64,000 bases of DNA from Nitrospirota bacterium (lineage in GTDB: Bacteria; Nitrospirota; UBA9217). Position 1 is the stretch's first letter. Each line of letters starts with the position of its first letter. The position numbers and the translations under genes are program-made. The stretch is from assembly GCA_963840455.1 (NCBI GenBank), contig CAWIYV010000011.1, forward strand, positions 128,001 through 192,000, given 5' to 3'. This document shows positions 38,206-50,056 of the stretch, one piece after another. Under the pieces are notes generated by a model. That model did no database searches, was not told the DNA's origin, and was given only the letters and a program-made list of their open reading frames with translations.

Positions 38206-39656
38206 GGTGTCTGCCTTGGATTAATTTGCATAGGTTAGGTACCTGCCTGCGAGATAGGCATCCGGCAGGAGGCTTCGGAATGCTTCGTCCGAAGTGCATG
38301 AATTGTTTTTCGCTGCTAGCGGGTTATTTGTGCTTGCAATTCAGGAGACAATGCCCTCCTGGGTTTCTCAATATATCCGACTCGGCGATCCAGTCATGGC
38401 CGTCGGGTCTTCAACAAGTGAAGACGAACACATGCACCTAGATGCTCGGTTTCCTGTCCAGCATGATCAGCGCCTGCGCTTCGCAGATCGCCTTGTGGAT
38501 TCAGAGCATTCGACCCACCAGCCCAAGCGCGCACTTTTTCGCATACCACGCCCGGAATTATTCCGTTCAAATGCCGGTAATCTCTTGGGTAGGCATCATA
38601 GGCCTCCTAGCGGGGCCATGCCTCGTCTTAAGTGTGACGGATTGCGGAACGCTTGCAGGCGATAGAGAAAGAGCCGTCCCGTAGCCCGTTCGCAATATTT
38701 GGGGCGTGACCGCATGGACCTCCTGAGCGCGTATGCGATCGTTTTTTAAAAGGGCAGCAAGGTAACATCTACTGCTATAAATGCCATGATTCTTATACAT
38801 CCACGATTCACAGTATCTCCAGTATCCGTCTTTATTGCACGTAGTTGTGGTGCATAGGAGACACCCGCACCCAATACGATAGGAGATTTTTTAATATTCA
38901 CGTGAGGAAAGACTCCCAATGATATCACTTGCGGCCAACCAATATCAGATTTGGTATCCATTTGATCATCATTGGTATAACGCGCACTTGCGAAATTTCC
39001 AAGGTCGATAACTGACGTGAATACACCCCAAGACCCAAATGTGTTGGTATACCAATTGGTAAACCCATTGCTAAGCTTGGTCAACCAACTGGTATCACGT
39101 GTATTTCTATATGATTGGGGAATGATATTTGTTGTGAAATCGAGGCCAACAGGGGCAAAGATTCCCATGGCGTTTCCGTCAGGCGCATCAACCGTAAATT
39201 CATAAGAGATTTGGCCGCCTACCAAGGCACCGATGGCGCTCACATTCTTCTTTTCTTTCATTGACCAGGCGCCCACGGGGGACGAAACATTGTTCAGCAC
39301 CGTCTTAACATCTTCTTTCGTTTTTACGTTTGCGAGTTCGGCCATTACGGGAATATACGTATAGAGAGGTTGCAGCGCCTCGAAGTTCTCCATGGTTTTA
39401 TTATTTTTAGGATCATACTTGTCGATTGCGCTTACGTTATCAGCTTTTAGCTGGCAAAGAATACATTCATCATTATCGTTGACCTTCTTTTTCTCTAAAC
39501 ACTTATTTTCTTCGTAGCAGGTATCCCGTTCCTTTTCATAATCCTTCTTCTGTTTCTTGTACTGATCCACGATCCATTTTGTTTTAAAAGTACAATCCAT
39601 ATCTGGAATACGCATGCGCATATCCTCGCAGAATTTAGTACTGCTGTAATTAATCA

Positions 39657-41034
39657 GGGTCTTCCGGGTTTAGTGTGGGTCCTTTTTGGCATCTGGGAGG
39701 AAGGAAGTCAGCACTTTGAGTCGCAGATACTCCCTGTCCTTGATGCCGTAGGCCCGACGTTGAATCACTCGTATCTTGTTGTTTAATCCCTCCATGAAGC
39801 CGAGGGAGACTTTGTGATCGGGATGGCAGTAGCTGATGATGCCATCCCAATGCCGCTCGATCATTGCAGCGAATTTCTGAAAGGGTTCCAAGCGGCTCCA
39901 TCGGAGCTGCGCTTTCCAGTTCTCAAAGAACTTCCGCGCCCAGGTCGGATTGTTGTACGACCAGAGCTGGCTGAAAGACTCTTTGAGAAGATAGGCCTTG
40001 TGGATACGGCTGTTGGCCTTGAGCAGGAGCGTCAAGGCCCGCTTGCCGTCCAAATCCAGGTTCTCCCGGTTGGAAAGCAGCGTGTACCGCTGGCCCTTGA
40101 TGAACCGTCGTTCTTTCTCACTGACACGTTTGTACTCGCGCCGCCTGACGTCATCCATGGCTCTTGAAAGATGATTCAGCACATGGAACTTATCGAAGAC
40201 AAGCTGGGCGGATGGCGCATGGTTCAGCGTGGAGTTTCTGAAGGGCTTCCACATGTCCATGACTGCGAGTTGGATGCTTTTCGCTCGATCCGGCCCGATT
40301 TCCTTGAAGAAGAGGTCCATATCCTCTTCCTTGCGGCCTTCGCCGCCAAGCCAGATCGGGCGCTGCTGATCCATGTCGGCGACGACGATCGCATAGGTAT
40401 GGCCCTTGGAGATGGAAACCTCGTCGATTCCGATGGCCCGAAGATTATCTGACGGCGGATGCTGGGCAACGAGCTGGCGCATATAGTTCTTCTCGATGCG
40501 CTGGACCTGGTCCCAGCTTAAGCGATTCATCTCGGCCACTCGGGCAATGGACATCTCCCGGCACTGGCGGCCGATGGCCTGCTCGAACCGCCCGGTAAAG
40601 CGCTTGGAGGATGCAAGCCATGCCAAGGTCTCTCGCTTCACGGCCTGGCACCTCTTGCAGCGCACCCGGCGGTACTCGAACTCCAAGTAGATGCTGATGC
40701 CGCCAGCGTCCAGGTCCCGGATCCGATGGGTCGTCCGATCGTAGAAGCCCTTTTGACGGTGCCCGCAGGAACAGGTCGTTTTTTTTGCCGCCGTCGAAGA
40801 ACAATAACGCGGCCACTTGGATCACCAGGGGCTTCCTTGAGCGTGGCGAGAGCTCGAAAACCGGGAAAACTGTAGAGCGACTGGAGCGAGGTCCTTTTCA
40901 TGAGACAAGACCTTACTCCCTGCACCCAAACGTGTCAAGTTTTCAAAGAACAAGCAAAGCGAGTTAACCGCACCAGTGGCGGATGAAATTGCTATCAGGG
41001 CCTAATTTAGGCCCATTGAAAAGTCGGAAGAGCC
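39657..41034 (-). mobile_element. ISL3-family insertion sequence (1378 bp)
   Basis: Imperfect terminal IRs GGGTCTTCCG / CGGAAGAGCC; 8-bp target duplication ATTAATCA at 39649-39656 and 41035-41042. Confidence 0.95.
39670..40901 (-). CDS. ISL3 transposase, two frames joined at an A8 run (-1 frameshift)
   Basis: IGIDE, VMDMW, FDKFHV, EGLNNKIRVIQRRAYG; N-terminal ORF MKRTSL...RRRQKK; A8 at 40786-40779. Confidence 0.9.
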
Positions 41035-44000
41035 ATTAATCATATCGCGTATGCTTTTTGCGGCATCTGCATATTGCCCGGATACCAGCGCTGCGGTCGA
41101 ATTCGACATCAAGCGCGCATATTCGAGCGATTCGAGCGTGTCCGGTCTGATGTCCATCACAGGACGCATACTACTTACGATCTCCACGACGCTTCGGCTC
41201 ATCCTGATGGCCAGCAAGAGACGATCGGCATATGCACTCTTAGCAGTATCCGATGTCAATCGCTCGAGGTCTCGGGCAATTATTTGCTGATTCTGCAGAA
41301 GGTCGTTATATCTCGTGAGTGCTCTTGTGATCTCCACATGCTTTCGCACAAGCCGAAGTTTAAGGTCGTCAAGTTTTTCTTTGTTCGTCGGACGGTCATC
41401 AAGCTTTTCTTTGTTCTTCGGATCGATCTTTAAATCATGATCGAGTTTTTCATTCGCTTGGAGAAATACATCATTCCAGTATATCTTTTTGTGGTTTCGC
41501 GCTTCGGCGGCGCCCAGATACGCCTGCATGATAACGCCGGACATATACAAACTGCATGCTAATGGTCGTCTCCTACCATCGAAACACTCTTTCCGCACAT
41601 CTTCACTTTCACCAAGGCCGGCAATCATATTGGCAGGTACTGCACCTCTGCTGACCTTCTTTAACAAATCAATCATCACGTAGGAAAAGAATTGCTGGTC
41701 CCGGTTCATGTTCAAATTACATACGATCCCAGCGGGCATATTTTCCAAATCATTACGGATGGCTTGATATAGGTCTGATCTAGAAATGATTTCGTGTTCC
41801 TTCGAGTCTGTTCTTAATTTACAAAGCTCCCATGAATTCATATTGCTGCTGCCATCCCGGCAAAAATGCTCCGTCCACTGAGCCACATACCACCGTATCA
41901 ATTCTTGCTCAGCACGTTCGAAAATAAAATCAGTAACACCCGCTAGTAGTTCGGTGTCCCATGAACCCCTAGTTGCCACGGTGATGTTCGGTACCACGAT
42001 CTTTTCTCCCTCGTTGGTACGGGTCCTCATTTTTTCGTCATCTAGCCTGTAGAGTGTAAGTTGCGCGCTCTGTGGTTTTGTTGTAGCGGTTGTGGTTGGA
42101 TAACTTCTTAAATCGGCACTGAGATCATCAACCTGGCTCTTTAGATCTTTGAGTAATTCCTTTGCTCGTACTATCTTGACCTTGTTCTTTCTAATTTTAA
42201 TATTTTCAAAAGTGATATCTTCATTTTTCAGTAAGGTCGCAAGCGGACTCTTTTCGCACTTACTTTGAGCGGCATCGATCTTGATCGTGTCATTACCCGA
42301 GTCGTGTTCACATATTTCTATAAGTTTCTCGAAATCTTCTGTCTCCTCCTTAAGCTTCTCTAGATAAGATAATGCCTTATCTCTCCATTCAGCATAATTA
42401 GTTAACCGGTCCTTCATTTCAGGGAACCAGGGGGATATCTGCGGCCATTCCCCTTTTCTACATTCTGATAGTTCCTGGAATCGGATTTTTTCGAGAGCTT
42501 GGTCCTCGTCCAGCGTTTCCAATATCCATCTAAAGAACGTATTCCCTTGTCTTCTTCGTCCATAGCTACTTTCAAATTTCTCATCACAACATGATTGAAA
42601 TCCCACAAGCTCGTCTTTTGAAAGATTATTATGAAAACCGAAATCGGCAAACTCTTTAATGTTAGTCGCGAAGTAGCCTGAAGGAGTCCAGAAAATACCA
42701 GCTACTTCACCGTTCTTAGGGAAGAATGACAATATTTCTACCAGATTTTTCTTTTCGGTAATCCGATACCATCTGATCGTCCCGTCGCCTAAAGCTGCAA
42801 CGGCAACCTTGTCATTCTGAACTAATTTTAGTGAGTATACAGGCGCTGGCAGAGACAGACGACTTTTCAGTTCTTCTTTGCCGTCTTTGTTATATACACG
42901 AAAGTTCCATCTGGTCCCGATAAGATAGAAATCATCTTTTACTAACACACCTAAGCATCCAAACTCCTGCACTTCTCCTGTGTTTAAGGCCTGTTCTAGT
43001 GTTATAGTAGTTGAATTGCCTATCGTAGTTGTATTGCAACTAATTATCTTTGCACGGTTTTTTGCGATGTAGTCTGATGCGTTATATGTGTATGTTTGTT
43101 TAGTATCAACAGTATCATCAATCGTCGCGTGGTATCTAGTTGAGGTATTAGCTGAATACCATATAGCCATCCCATCATCAGAAACTATTAAATCTTTCTG
43201 CGGGTCGCGCTTCATTTCAGCGGCAAGTTTATCGAAATTTATCGCCTTCGAATCTATCTTATTATTCTTTGTCTTGTTCTTATAGTAGCCTAAATCAACT
43301 CTATTAAATACGAATATAATATTGTCTTCGACTTCATCTTTGCTATTGTCTTCGACTTCACCTTTGCTCATGATAAAATTATCGATATATTGTATCTCCT
43401 TATTATCAATCGTGATGCTATCTCCTATATCTTTGACTATAATTATCTCTTTGCCCTGATAGGTCACCCCATGCTTATAGATTTTTTTTTCATCGCCGCC
43501 CAAAACATACAGGGCCTTTCCGCTCGTCGACCACACCACTTTTTCCGGCTGCGGAATCTGTTGGTAGGGCGTTGTTGGTTCTCTAAATACTTTCGCCTCG
43601 ATGTTTTTCAGTGCATCTTCATCGAACGCACTGATATAATATTTCCCTTTTGACTTAACCTGATCAAGCCAACCGATAGCGATACGACCGCGCTTTTCAT
43701 GAAAACTGTAGCTAGCCGCTTTTATATCAATTCCTGGAATCTTAATGGGAACGGGTTCTATGTATGATTTTTTCACTTCATCAAGTTTCATCCAATCGAG
43801 ATCATACAGCCGCATGGTACCCTTATTAGAAAGCGTTAGTATTCCTTTTTTCGTTAGATTTATGGTTTTTATGCGTTCGTCTTCAGCATATTGTTTATCT
43901 TTCTCATCTTTTTTATCTGACGCCACCAAAGCAGCATCGGATAATCGATAGATTTGAAGCTCTGTTTTTGGACTCAATCCCACAATCAAGTACCTCTCGT

Positions 44001-44597
44001 TGAACGCTAAGTGTATCATCGAATTTGGTAGCCCGGAGATTGCCTTTAAGAATTCGAACTTGTCCTTGTCTCGCTGCTTCCTATAGATATAAATACTGAA
44101 TTTTTCATTCTCTACCGTCCATCCGCCGCAGGCGATCAACTTACCGTTGGGTGAGATTGCGACCGCATAAATATGTCCAACGCCGCCGTTGCCCAAAGGC
44201 GGACGTATCGTGTCCACCAGTTCCAGTGCATTTTCCCCATTATCTACTTTCCAGACCCTTACTGTCTTATCAATCGATCCAGTCACAATAAAATGAGGGC
44301 TCTTGTCCGTTGATACTGCCATGCTCATGATTCTGGCAGTATGTGTCCCTGTCTCGATGCTAAGCTTCGGCCCTATTATCATATCTGCAGAGAATCCCAT
44401 CGTTGCGAAGGTAATCATCAGAATACTGCTCAGTAAGAACAGGAGGTTTCGGAGAGATCGCTGAATATTGATAGCCATTTTTATATCCTCTCATGTTTAT
44501 GCAAAGAGCTTATTACACCCACGTATGCCTGGGCACAATGAAGCGGCTCTCCGGCCCATTCCCTCAAACAATGATCACGCGGCAGTTGATCAGCGAA

Positions 44598-45437
44598 TTA
44601 CTTATCCTTTCCACCACCTGCTGCGGCACTTGCCTGCGTCCCGGGTACACTCCGCTTCAGCACGGTCTGCCAGAAAAAGCCGTTCTGAAACGCCAGAAGA
44701 CACAAGACGACGAATGTTTGCGTTGAAGCCGAAAATTGGCCTGCGCTCAGGAAACCGAGAAACACGATGGGCGATACTAGGATGGCAACGAAGGCATTTC
44801 TTATATGCTGTTTCACCAGGACCTTATCTGATGAATCGAGCCAATCAACGCCGGCTTTTGCCAGCATCCCGAACAGCATCGCGATGAAGAGCGGCCAGTA
44901 GAGCTCGCCGAGATCGCTCAGCGATGCGGAACTGGGCTCCCTGGCTAAGGATGCGGATTTTTCCTCCCTCTGCGGCGCGGGCACCGGGGGTGGCGGACCG
45001 AGTGCCCACGCGGGCTTGTCCTTACCTCCCGCAGGCGAATCTGCTGCTAAGGCGACAGCAATCAGCGAATAGCCGAGAACATCGGTCTCGCGAAGGCTGC
45101 TGTTCAAGCCTGTAGTGCTGTCCTTTAGAACCCAGCCGTATTGCCATGCGTTCGCGCCGCTCATAAAGGCGATCTGGACCCATGCTTTTGTGGAAAATCC
45201 GAACGCCGCGCTCTGTTCTCCGCAAATGTACACTTGGGTGTTCTTGCTGAGCCGGGCGATCCGTTCCCCTTGCCATCCGCTGCCGGTTACGAATCTCGGC
45301 ACCTGTTTATACACGTCGGTATCCTGCTGTATCATGCCTTTTTGATTGCACTTCTGCTGTGCTGTCGCCGCTGATGGAAGAAAAAACATGATGGTGCTTA
45401 CGGCGAATAGGCAACTGTTTCGAATAGTATTTCTCAT
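44598..45437 (-). CDS. hypothetical exported/membrane protein (SH3-like N-terminal domain, about 3 C-terminal TM helices)
   Basis: AAGGAGG RBS before ATG at 45437; signal peptide; WVQI...YGWV; hydrophobic C-terminus. Confidence 0.7.
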   Translation of the reverse strand: MRNTIRNSCLFAVSTIMFFLPSAATAQQKCNQKGMIQQDTDVYKQVPRFVTGSGWQGERIARLSKNTQVYICGEQSAAFGFSTKAWVQIAFMSGANAWQYGWVLKDSTTGLNSSLRETDVLGYSLIAVALAADSPAGGKDKPAWALGPPPPVPAPQREEKSASLAREPSSASLSDLGELYWPLFIAMLFGMLAKAGVDWLDSSDKVLVKQHIRNAFVAILVSPIVFLGFLSAGQFSASTQTFVVLCLLAFQNGFFWQTVLKRSVPGTQASAAAGGGKDK

Positions 45438-45489
45438 CCCTGACCTCCTTGACTGAGAACGTCTATGGTTTGTTTTCCTGATGAAACGG

Positions 45490-46326
45490 TCAGATCGTAA
45501 AAGGCTTCTGACCCTCGAACTCGGCATTCACCGGCCCAACCCGGTAGTAATTCGGCGTCTGGTCAGGCGGCATTCGCTGCACGATGGTTTTACAGAACTT
45601 CCGGTAAGCACCCGAGAATTTCCCCTGGTTCCAGACCCGGAGCATCGTTCCGGTGAAAAGGCCGTTGAAATCACCGTCGCTCGAGAGCTGGTTGTCCTGG
45701 CATCCGGAGAGGAGAAGCACTGATGCATGGACTGCCTGCTGCGACTTCGCTAGATCGGCCTTTCTGAGGATCGGGTCATAGAATTTCCTGTTCAAGCGAT
45801 AGGTGCGCAGCGCTACGTCCGGCGGCATGGCGCGGTAACGGACCTGCGCGGTCACTGCGCCCGCGCTCCGGGCCGCGGCAGTCCTGTAATAGTAGACGGC
45901 CTTGACGACCGTGCCGCTGTGGCAGCTGTCGGAAAATACCAGGACGCGCACGCCTTTGGCGAATTTTCCCAGCAGGCTGTAAAGCTCGTCGTCCACGAGC
46001 TCTCCATTGTAGAGGCACCACGTTTCATCCTGTCCGTCGGGCTCGTCGCCGTTCAGGTCCGGGAGCTGCCCCCCGTGTCCGGAATAGGTCAGCAGAAAGA
46101 TGTCCCCGGCTTTGAGCGCCTTTGCCGCCGTCGTGATCTCCGCCGACACCTTAGCGCGCGTGGCGGCTTTCGTGAGCAGGGTCCTGACTGTGAACTTCTG
46201 CGACTGCGCAATGTCCGCCATGTCCGCGGCATCCGCTTCGCAGGCGGTCAACACACCGCTCCATCCTCCGTAGTGTTTCGGATCGACCGCGTTCAAGCCT
46301 ATCGTGAGAGCACGTCCCTTTGGCAT
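45490..46326 (-). CDS. caspase-family (C14, metacaspase) protease
   Basis: YSGHGG (His), DEPDGQDETWC, SDSCHSG (Cys), SGCQDNQLSSD. Confidence 0.93.
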   Translation of the reverse strand: MPKGRALTIGLNAVDPKHYGGWSGVLTACEADAADMADIAQSQKFTVRTLLTKAATRAKVSAEITTAAKALKAGDIFLLTYSGHGGQLPDLNGDEPDGQDETWCLYNGELVDDELYSLLGKFAKGVRVLVFSDSCHSGTVVKAVYYYRTAAARSAGAVTAQVRYRAMPPDVALRTYRLNRKFYDPILRKADLAKSQQAVHASVLLLSGCQDNQLSSDGDFNGLFTGTMLRVWNQGKFSGAYRKFCKTIVQRMPPDQTPNYYRVGPVNAEFEGQKPFTI

Positions 46327-46419
46327 ATCCATTCCTCCTTCGTCATGATGGCGCCGCACCAGGCACGCTGCTGCGGGAGCTTCGCTGCAATGCGGCGCAA
46401 CGGCGGCCTTTCGATCTGT

Positions 46420-48354
46420 CTAGAGCTTCAACCGCTGTTCACGGAGCGACGATGCCGACCGGTTGAACTTCATGCCTGCACCGGCCTGCCCGTGGCCGAG
46501 TATCCTGGCCAGCGTTGCCTTGACCGTTGGTTCATCATCATCGAAATCTCCGTGGTGCCGCGCGGTCGACAGGCGGTTCGGATCTTTTTCAGTGTTCGGT
46601 GCCAGGACCCAGTCCGCGGTCCCGTCGCTGAACATCGATTTAAGGTCTTTGTCTGCGGCGATGAACTTTTCCATGCCGAGCAGCGGTTCCCCGGCCTGGA
46701 AAAGGGGAATGCGCTCCCGCTCCTCGAAAGCGTTCGACACGAGATAGAGGAGGGATTTGTTGTAAATATTGGCGCAATTGTCATCCTGCTCGGCCTTGTC
46801 CGTCAGCGTGAACAGGCTGAAGTGCTGGATTTTCTGGTTCATAATGGCGGGTAGATACGCTTCCTTGAACAAACCAGTCGTACACGCGGGAGCCCAGAGC
46901 GTGCAGGTGGACACCGGGAGGTTGTAGTCCTTGTTGGTGAGGAGCCTGAGAAGAAAGCCGAGAAAAATGCTCCCTGCGCTGTGACCGACCATGTGTATCT
47001 CGACATCCCGGTCGTTCTCGACGAGCTTCTTCAGATACCCGGCGACAATTTCAGCGCCGCCCTTCTGCTTCGATGCGCCTTCCGCGTTCTCCTTCATCTC
47101 TTTCCACAGGATCTTCCCGCCCAGCGCACGGGACAGGGGTTCGAGGACATCATCGAGACGGTCGAGCATGAAATCCTTAGCAAGATCGAGGACGCCTTCA
47201 GGCCTGCGTTGCCTGACGGCATCCTTCAGCAGGTTCGTGACCGTCGACCAGAAATCGGTGTGCCAGATGAAAAACAGGGGATAGACTTCCGACGCGAGCA
47301 TGGTCGGCCGGTAATCGATAAGGCGCTGTACCGCGGAGGCCTCATCAACGAGGCCGCCATGGGCATAGAGCAAAAGTCTTTTTCTTTTCCAATTCCGGGT
47401 CGTCTCCCGGAAATAATCGTCGACGATATGCCGGACATCATCCTCGCCGGTACCGTAGGTTCCGCTGGGGCTCAGGAACCCGTCGTTGCCGATGCTGATG
47501 ATGTGACGGCGCAACTCATAGTTGTCGAGCGCATCGGCGCGGGAGACCGTCCCGGAATACCGCGAAGCGACCGCGTCCGGACCGGTCAAGGACACCGGGA
47601 CGCCGAGCCGTGCGACCCACACGTCGGTCGCATTCGCAAGCCAGTCGTCATAACTGATATGACCGAACCCGCCCTTTCCCCAGCCGTCTGTCCAGGAATT
47701 TTGCAGCCAGAAGCCATCGGCATCATAGGCAACGATCGCAAAGGCATGGCCACCCAGCATGTTCTCGCTGAACCGGATGATGCCATTGGATTTGACCTCG
47801 TCCCATCCCTCATGGACCGAGGCGGTAGCGTAAAGGACGCCCACTTCGGCAATCGCGCTATGCATTGCCACCAGGTCCTTGTGGTTCACGCGGTAGTATG
47901 CGCCCAGAGGGCGTTTCGTCGCCTCTTTCGCCGCCTGCGGCTTCAATTGCGTTTCTTTCTTCGAATACAGCTTCTCGGCACAGACGCCGTGCTTATGCCA
48001 CCCCTTCATCGCGCCCCGCGCACTCGATCCCTCGTAACGTTCTCCCGGCCATTCGTCGTATCGCTTGGCCAACTGGTAGAGCATCCACGGACTGACCCGC
48101 GTCGTATCGCGTACTTTTTTTCTCGTACGCAGAAGATAATTCACCACCGTTGCAAGCCCGAAGCCCGTACAGGCGCCCTCTTTCCCCTGGTCCAGGACCG
48201 GTATTCGTTTTTGCTGGTAGCTCCTCAGGTCGATATTCGTGGGGACCTCGACCAGAGTCGGCTCGAACATCTTGTCGCGGAAATCAAGCGTATCCGGCCT
48301 CACATTGACCTTTCGGCCGCTTCTGGTCTTGAAGGGCAAACCGCCGTTATGCAT
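46420..48354 (-). CDS. C1 (papain-like) peptidase fused to an alpha/beta-hydrolase domain
   Basis: DQGKEGACTGF, GGHAF, QNSW; YAHGGL, GHSAG (GxSxG), HHGDFDDD. Confidence 0.88.
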   Translation of the reverse strand: MHNGGLPFKTRSGRKVNVRPDTLDFRDKMFEPTLVEVPTNIDLRSYQQKRIPVLDQGKEGACTGFGLATVVNYLLRTRKKVRDTTRVSPWMLYQLAKRYDEWPGERYEGSSARGAMKGWHKHGVCAEKLYSKKETQLKPQAAKEATKRPLGAYYRVNHKDLVAMHSAIAEVGVLYATASVHEGWDEVKSNGIIRFSENMLGGHAFAIVAYDADGFWLQNSWTDGWGKGGFGHISYDDWLANATDVWVARLGVPVSLTGPDAVASRYSGTVSRADALDNYELRRHIISIGNDGFLSPSGTYGTGEDDVRHIVDDYFRETTRNWKRKRLLLYAHGGLVDEASAVQRLIDYRPTMLASEVYPLFFIWHTDFWSTVTNLLKDAVRQRRPEGVLDLAKDFMLDRLDDVLEPLSRALGGKILWKEMKENAEGASKQKGGAEIVAGYLKKLVENDRDVEIHMVGHSAGSIFLGFLLRLLTNKDYNLPVSTCTLWAPACTTGLFKEAYLPAIMNQKIQHFSLFTLTDKAEQDDNCANIYNKSLLYLVSNAFEERERIPLFQAGEPLLGMEKFIAADKDLKSMFSDGTADWVLAPNTEKDPNRLSTARHHGDFDDDEPTVKATLARILGHGQAGAGMKFNRSASSLREQRLKL

Positions 48355-48452
48355 GGTACCTCCCGTCCTCGATATCAATCATCATCCCTGGCAGGAAACG
48401 AGGCAGCTCAGCGCAGTATATTGATATTAATACATAAAAGGTAATCGTTGTC

Positions 48453-48489
48453 TCGGCATCCGTTGCTGAAACATTCGGCATTTATTGCT
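48453..48489 (-). promoter_or_regulatory. direct repeat, candidate AraC-family binding site
   Basis: TCGGCATCCGTTGCT and TCGGCATTTATTGCT with a 22-bp period, upstream of the C1 gene. Confidence 0.45.
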
Positions 48490-48640
48490 ATTTCACCTTT
48501 TTTTCACAAATAAAACCGTGACGTAACTCTTAAAGGCGGAGCTCATGGTTCTCCTCTGTTCAACAATGACACAGTGAGACGTACTGCAATAGAGAAAGAG
48601 AGGTGTGGGGAGTGAGGCCGGAGGGGAGCTGCGGCGGATC

Positions 48641-49480
48641 CTACCGGTGGTCCCAGAGGGCAGAAGGAAGAGACAATGTTTGTCGTCGATACTGGGAAGG
48701 AGTAGTGCCGGCAAGTTTCTTGAATATTCTTTCGAAGTGTGTAAGGTCGGAATAACCGACGGCATACCCCGTGTCTGTGATGGACAGGGCGCCATCATTC
48801 AGTATTTTTTTTGCCTGCTCTATCCTGATGCGATTGACATAACTTTGATAGGTCAGACCGGTCATCTCTTTAAAGAGGCGGGAGAAGTGATATTTGGATA
48901 TACCGGCCGTGCCTGCCACGCGATCGAGACTGATATCGGTCGCAAAGTTGTTGTGGATATATTTAAGGGCCTGGTGCAGGTGATGGCTTTTCCTGCCTGT
49001 CTTCGTACCGGGAATGCCGTCATCGGCAAATGCATCGGCTTCGCTGGTCAATGCCTTTCTGCGTTCGGCCTGTTCGATGATATTCAGCGACAGGCAGAAC
49101 TTGATCCGCCTCACCAATTCATCATACTTGAACGGTTTTTTGACATAATCCCGCGCCCCGCATCTGAAGGCCTTCACGGCCACATCTTCGTTCCCGAATG
49201 CGGTCATGATGATCGTGGGAACACAAGGCTTCTTCAATTTTATTTCCTTCAGGACTTCGATACCCGATATGTCCGGCAGCTTGATGTCGATGAGCGCGAG
49301 ATCAATATCAGGATCATCCCTCAGATAGTTGATGGCATCCATGCCCGAGGACGCTATGATGACCGTGAAGTGATCTGAAAGCAGATCCTGGTGGACTTTG
49401 ATGATTTTGGGATCATCTTCGACAACAAGAATCCTTTTCTTATTTTCAATTACCCGCGCGCGAGCACTCATCTGGTGCAC
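48641..49480 (-). CDS. response regulator with AraC-type HTH (YesN-like)
   Basis: LVVEDD, LIDIKLPD, MTAFG, YVKKPF; SKYHFSRLFK, VGYSDLTHFERIFKK. Confidence 0.92.
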   Translation of the reverse strand: MHQMSARARVIENKKRILVVEDDPKIIKVHQDLLSDHFTVIIASSGMDAINYLRDDPDIDLALIDIKLPDISGIEVLKEIKLKKPCVPTIIMTAFGNEDVAVKAFRCGARDYVKKPFKYDELVRRIKFCLSLNIIEQAERRKALTSEADAFADDGIPGTKTGRKSHHLHQALKYIHNNFATDISLDRVAGTAGISKYHFSRLFKEMTGLTYQSYVNRIRIEQAKKILNDGALSITDTGYAVGYSDLTHFERIFKKLAGTTPSQYRRQTLSLPSALWDHR

Positions 49481-50056
49481 TCCTCAAACATGAAGAAACA
49501 TGAAGAACTACTCAGCAGGATCTCGTTATTAATTTAATTAAGTGCTCTGAGACACCTTCTGCAGATTGACAGACAAACAAACTACAGGCGGGCACTAAAG
49601 GCAAGAAAAAGAACAGGTGATCTACCTGAATCAGTATTTTGATTTAATCAAATATTTTCTTATATGTCAATATATTATAGTTGATGATGCTTTATGGGTT
49701 GTTACTGAATTACCCACAGGATGCGTCTTTTGAGAGAGAGCGGCATTATTGCCTGTAGAGGTCTCGATGGTCAATCCTGAGCAACCAGCCGAGACAAGGG
49801 GGCAGCAATCTTTGGCAGGGGGCCAGCGATACGCTATGGTCAGTATCGCCATGCAAAGCCTGTGATGAAAACCTAAGAGGATGTTCTCATCTTCGATCAT
49901 CCTTTTGTTCATCGAACGGTCATAACGATGATGTCGCAGCCAAGGGGTGTTCACACCGGTGCCCAGGGGGGTCTGCATACGGAACAGCAATGGACAATTC
50001 CTTGCATTTTAGCAGCCGTTATGAGATAAGAGAATGTTCGGAAATCAGGAGGCACC

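Larger units (their letters stand above)
38746..44478 (-). pseudogene. large secreted WD40-repeat protein (1448 aa reconstructed) interrupted by ISL3
   Basis: Removing the IS and one TSD copy joins ...IRDMIN to YSSTKFCEDMRMRI... in frame; signal peptide; IETGTHTARI, VTGSIDKTVRVW, ALGDGTIRWY. Confidence 0.88.

Noticed and set aside
38210-38745. Short ORFs or a second sigma-54 promoter upstream of the activator
   Set aside because: No convincing RBS or motifs; the GG/GC spacing is 12 rather than 10.
45919-48444. Long plus-strand ORFs (311 and 487 aa)
   Set aside because: Antisense shadows of the caspase and C1 genes in GC-rich DNA; no motifs.
49639-49653. FNR/CRP box TTGAT...ATCAA
   Set aside because: The spacer is 3 nt rather than the required 4.
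49740-49900. c-di-GMP riboswitch (GCAAAGC present)
   Set aside because: The rest of the consensus stems and tetraloop/receptor cannot be found.
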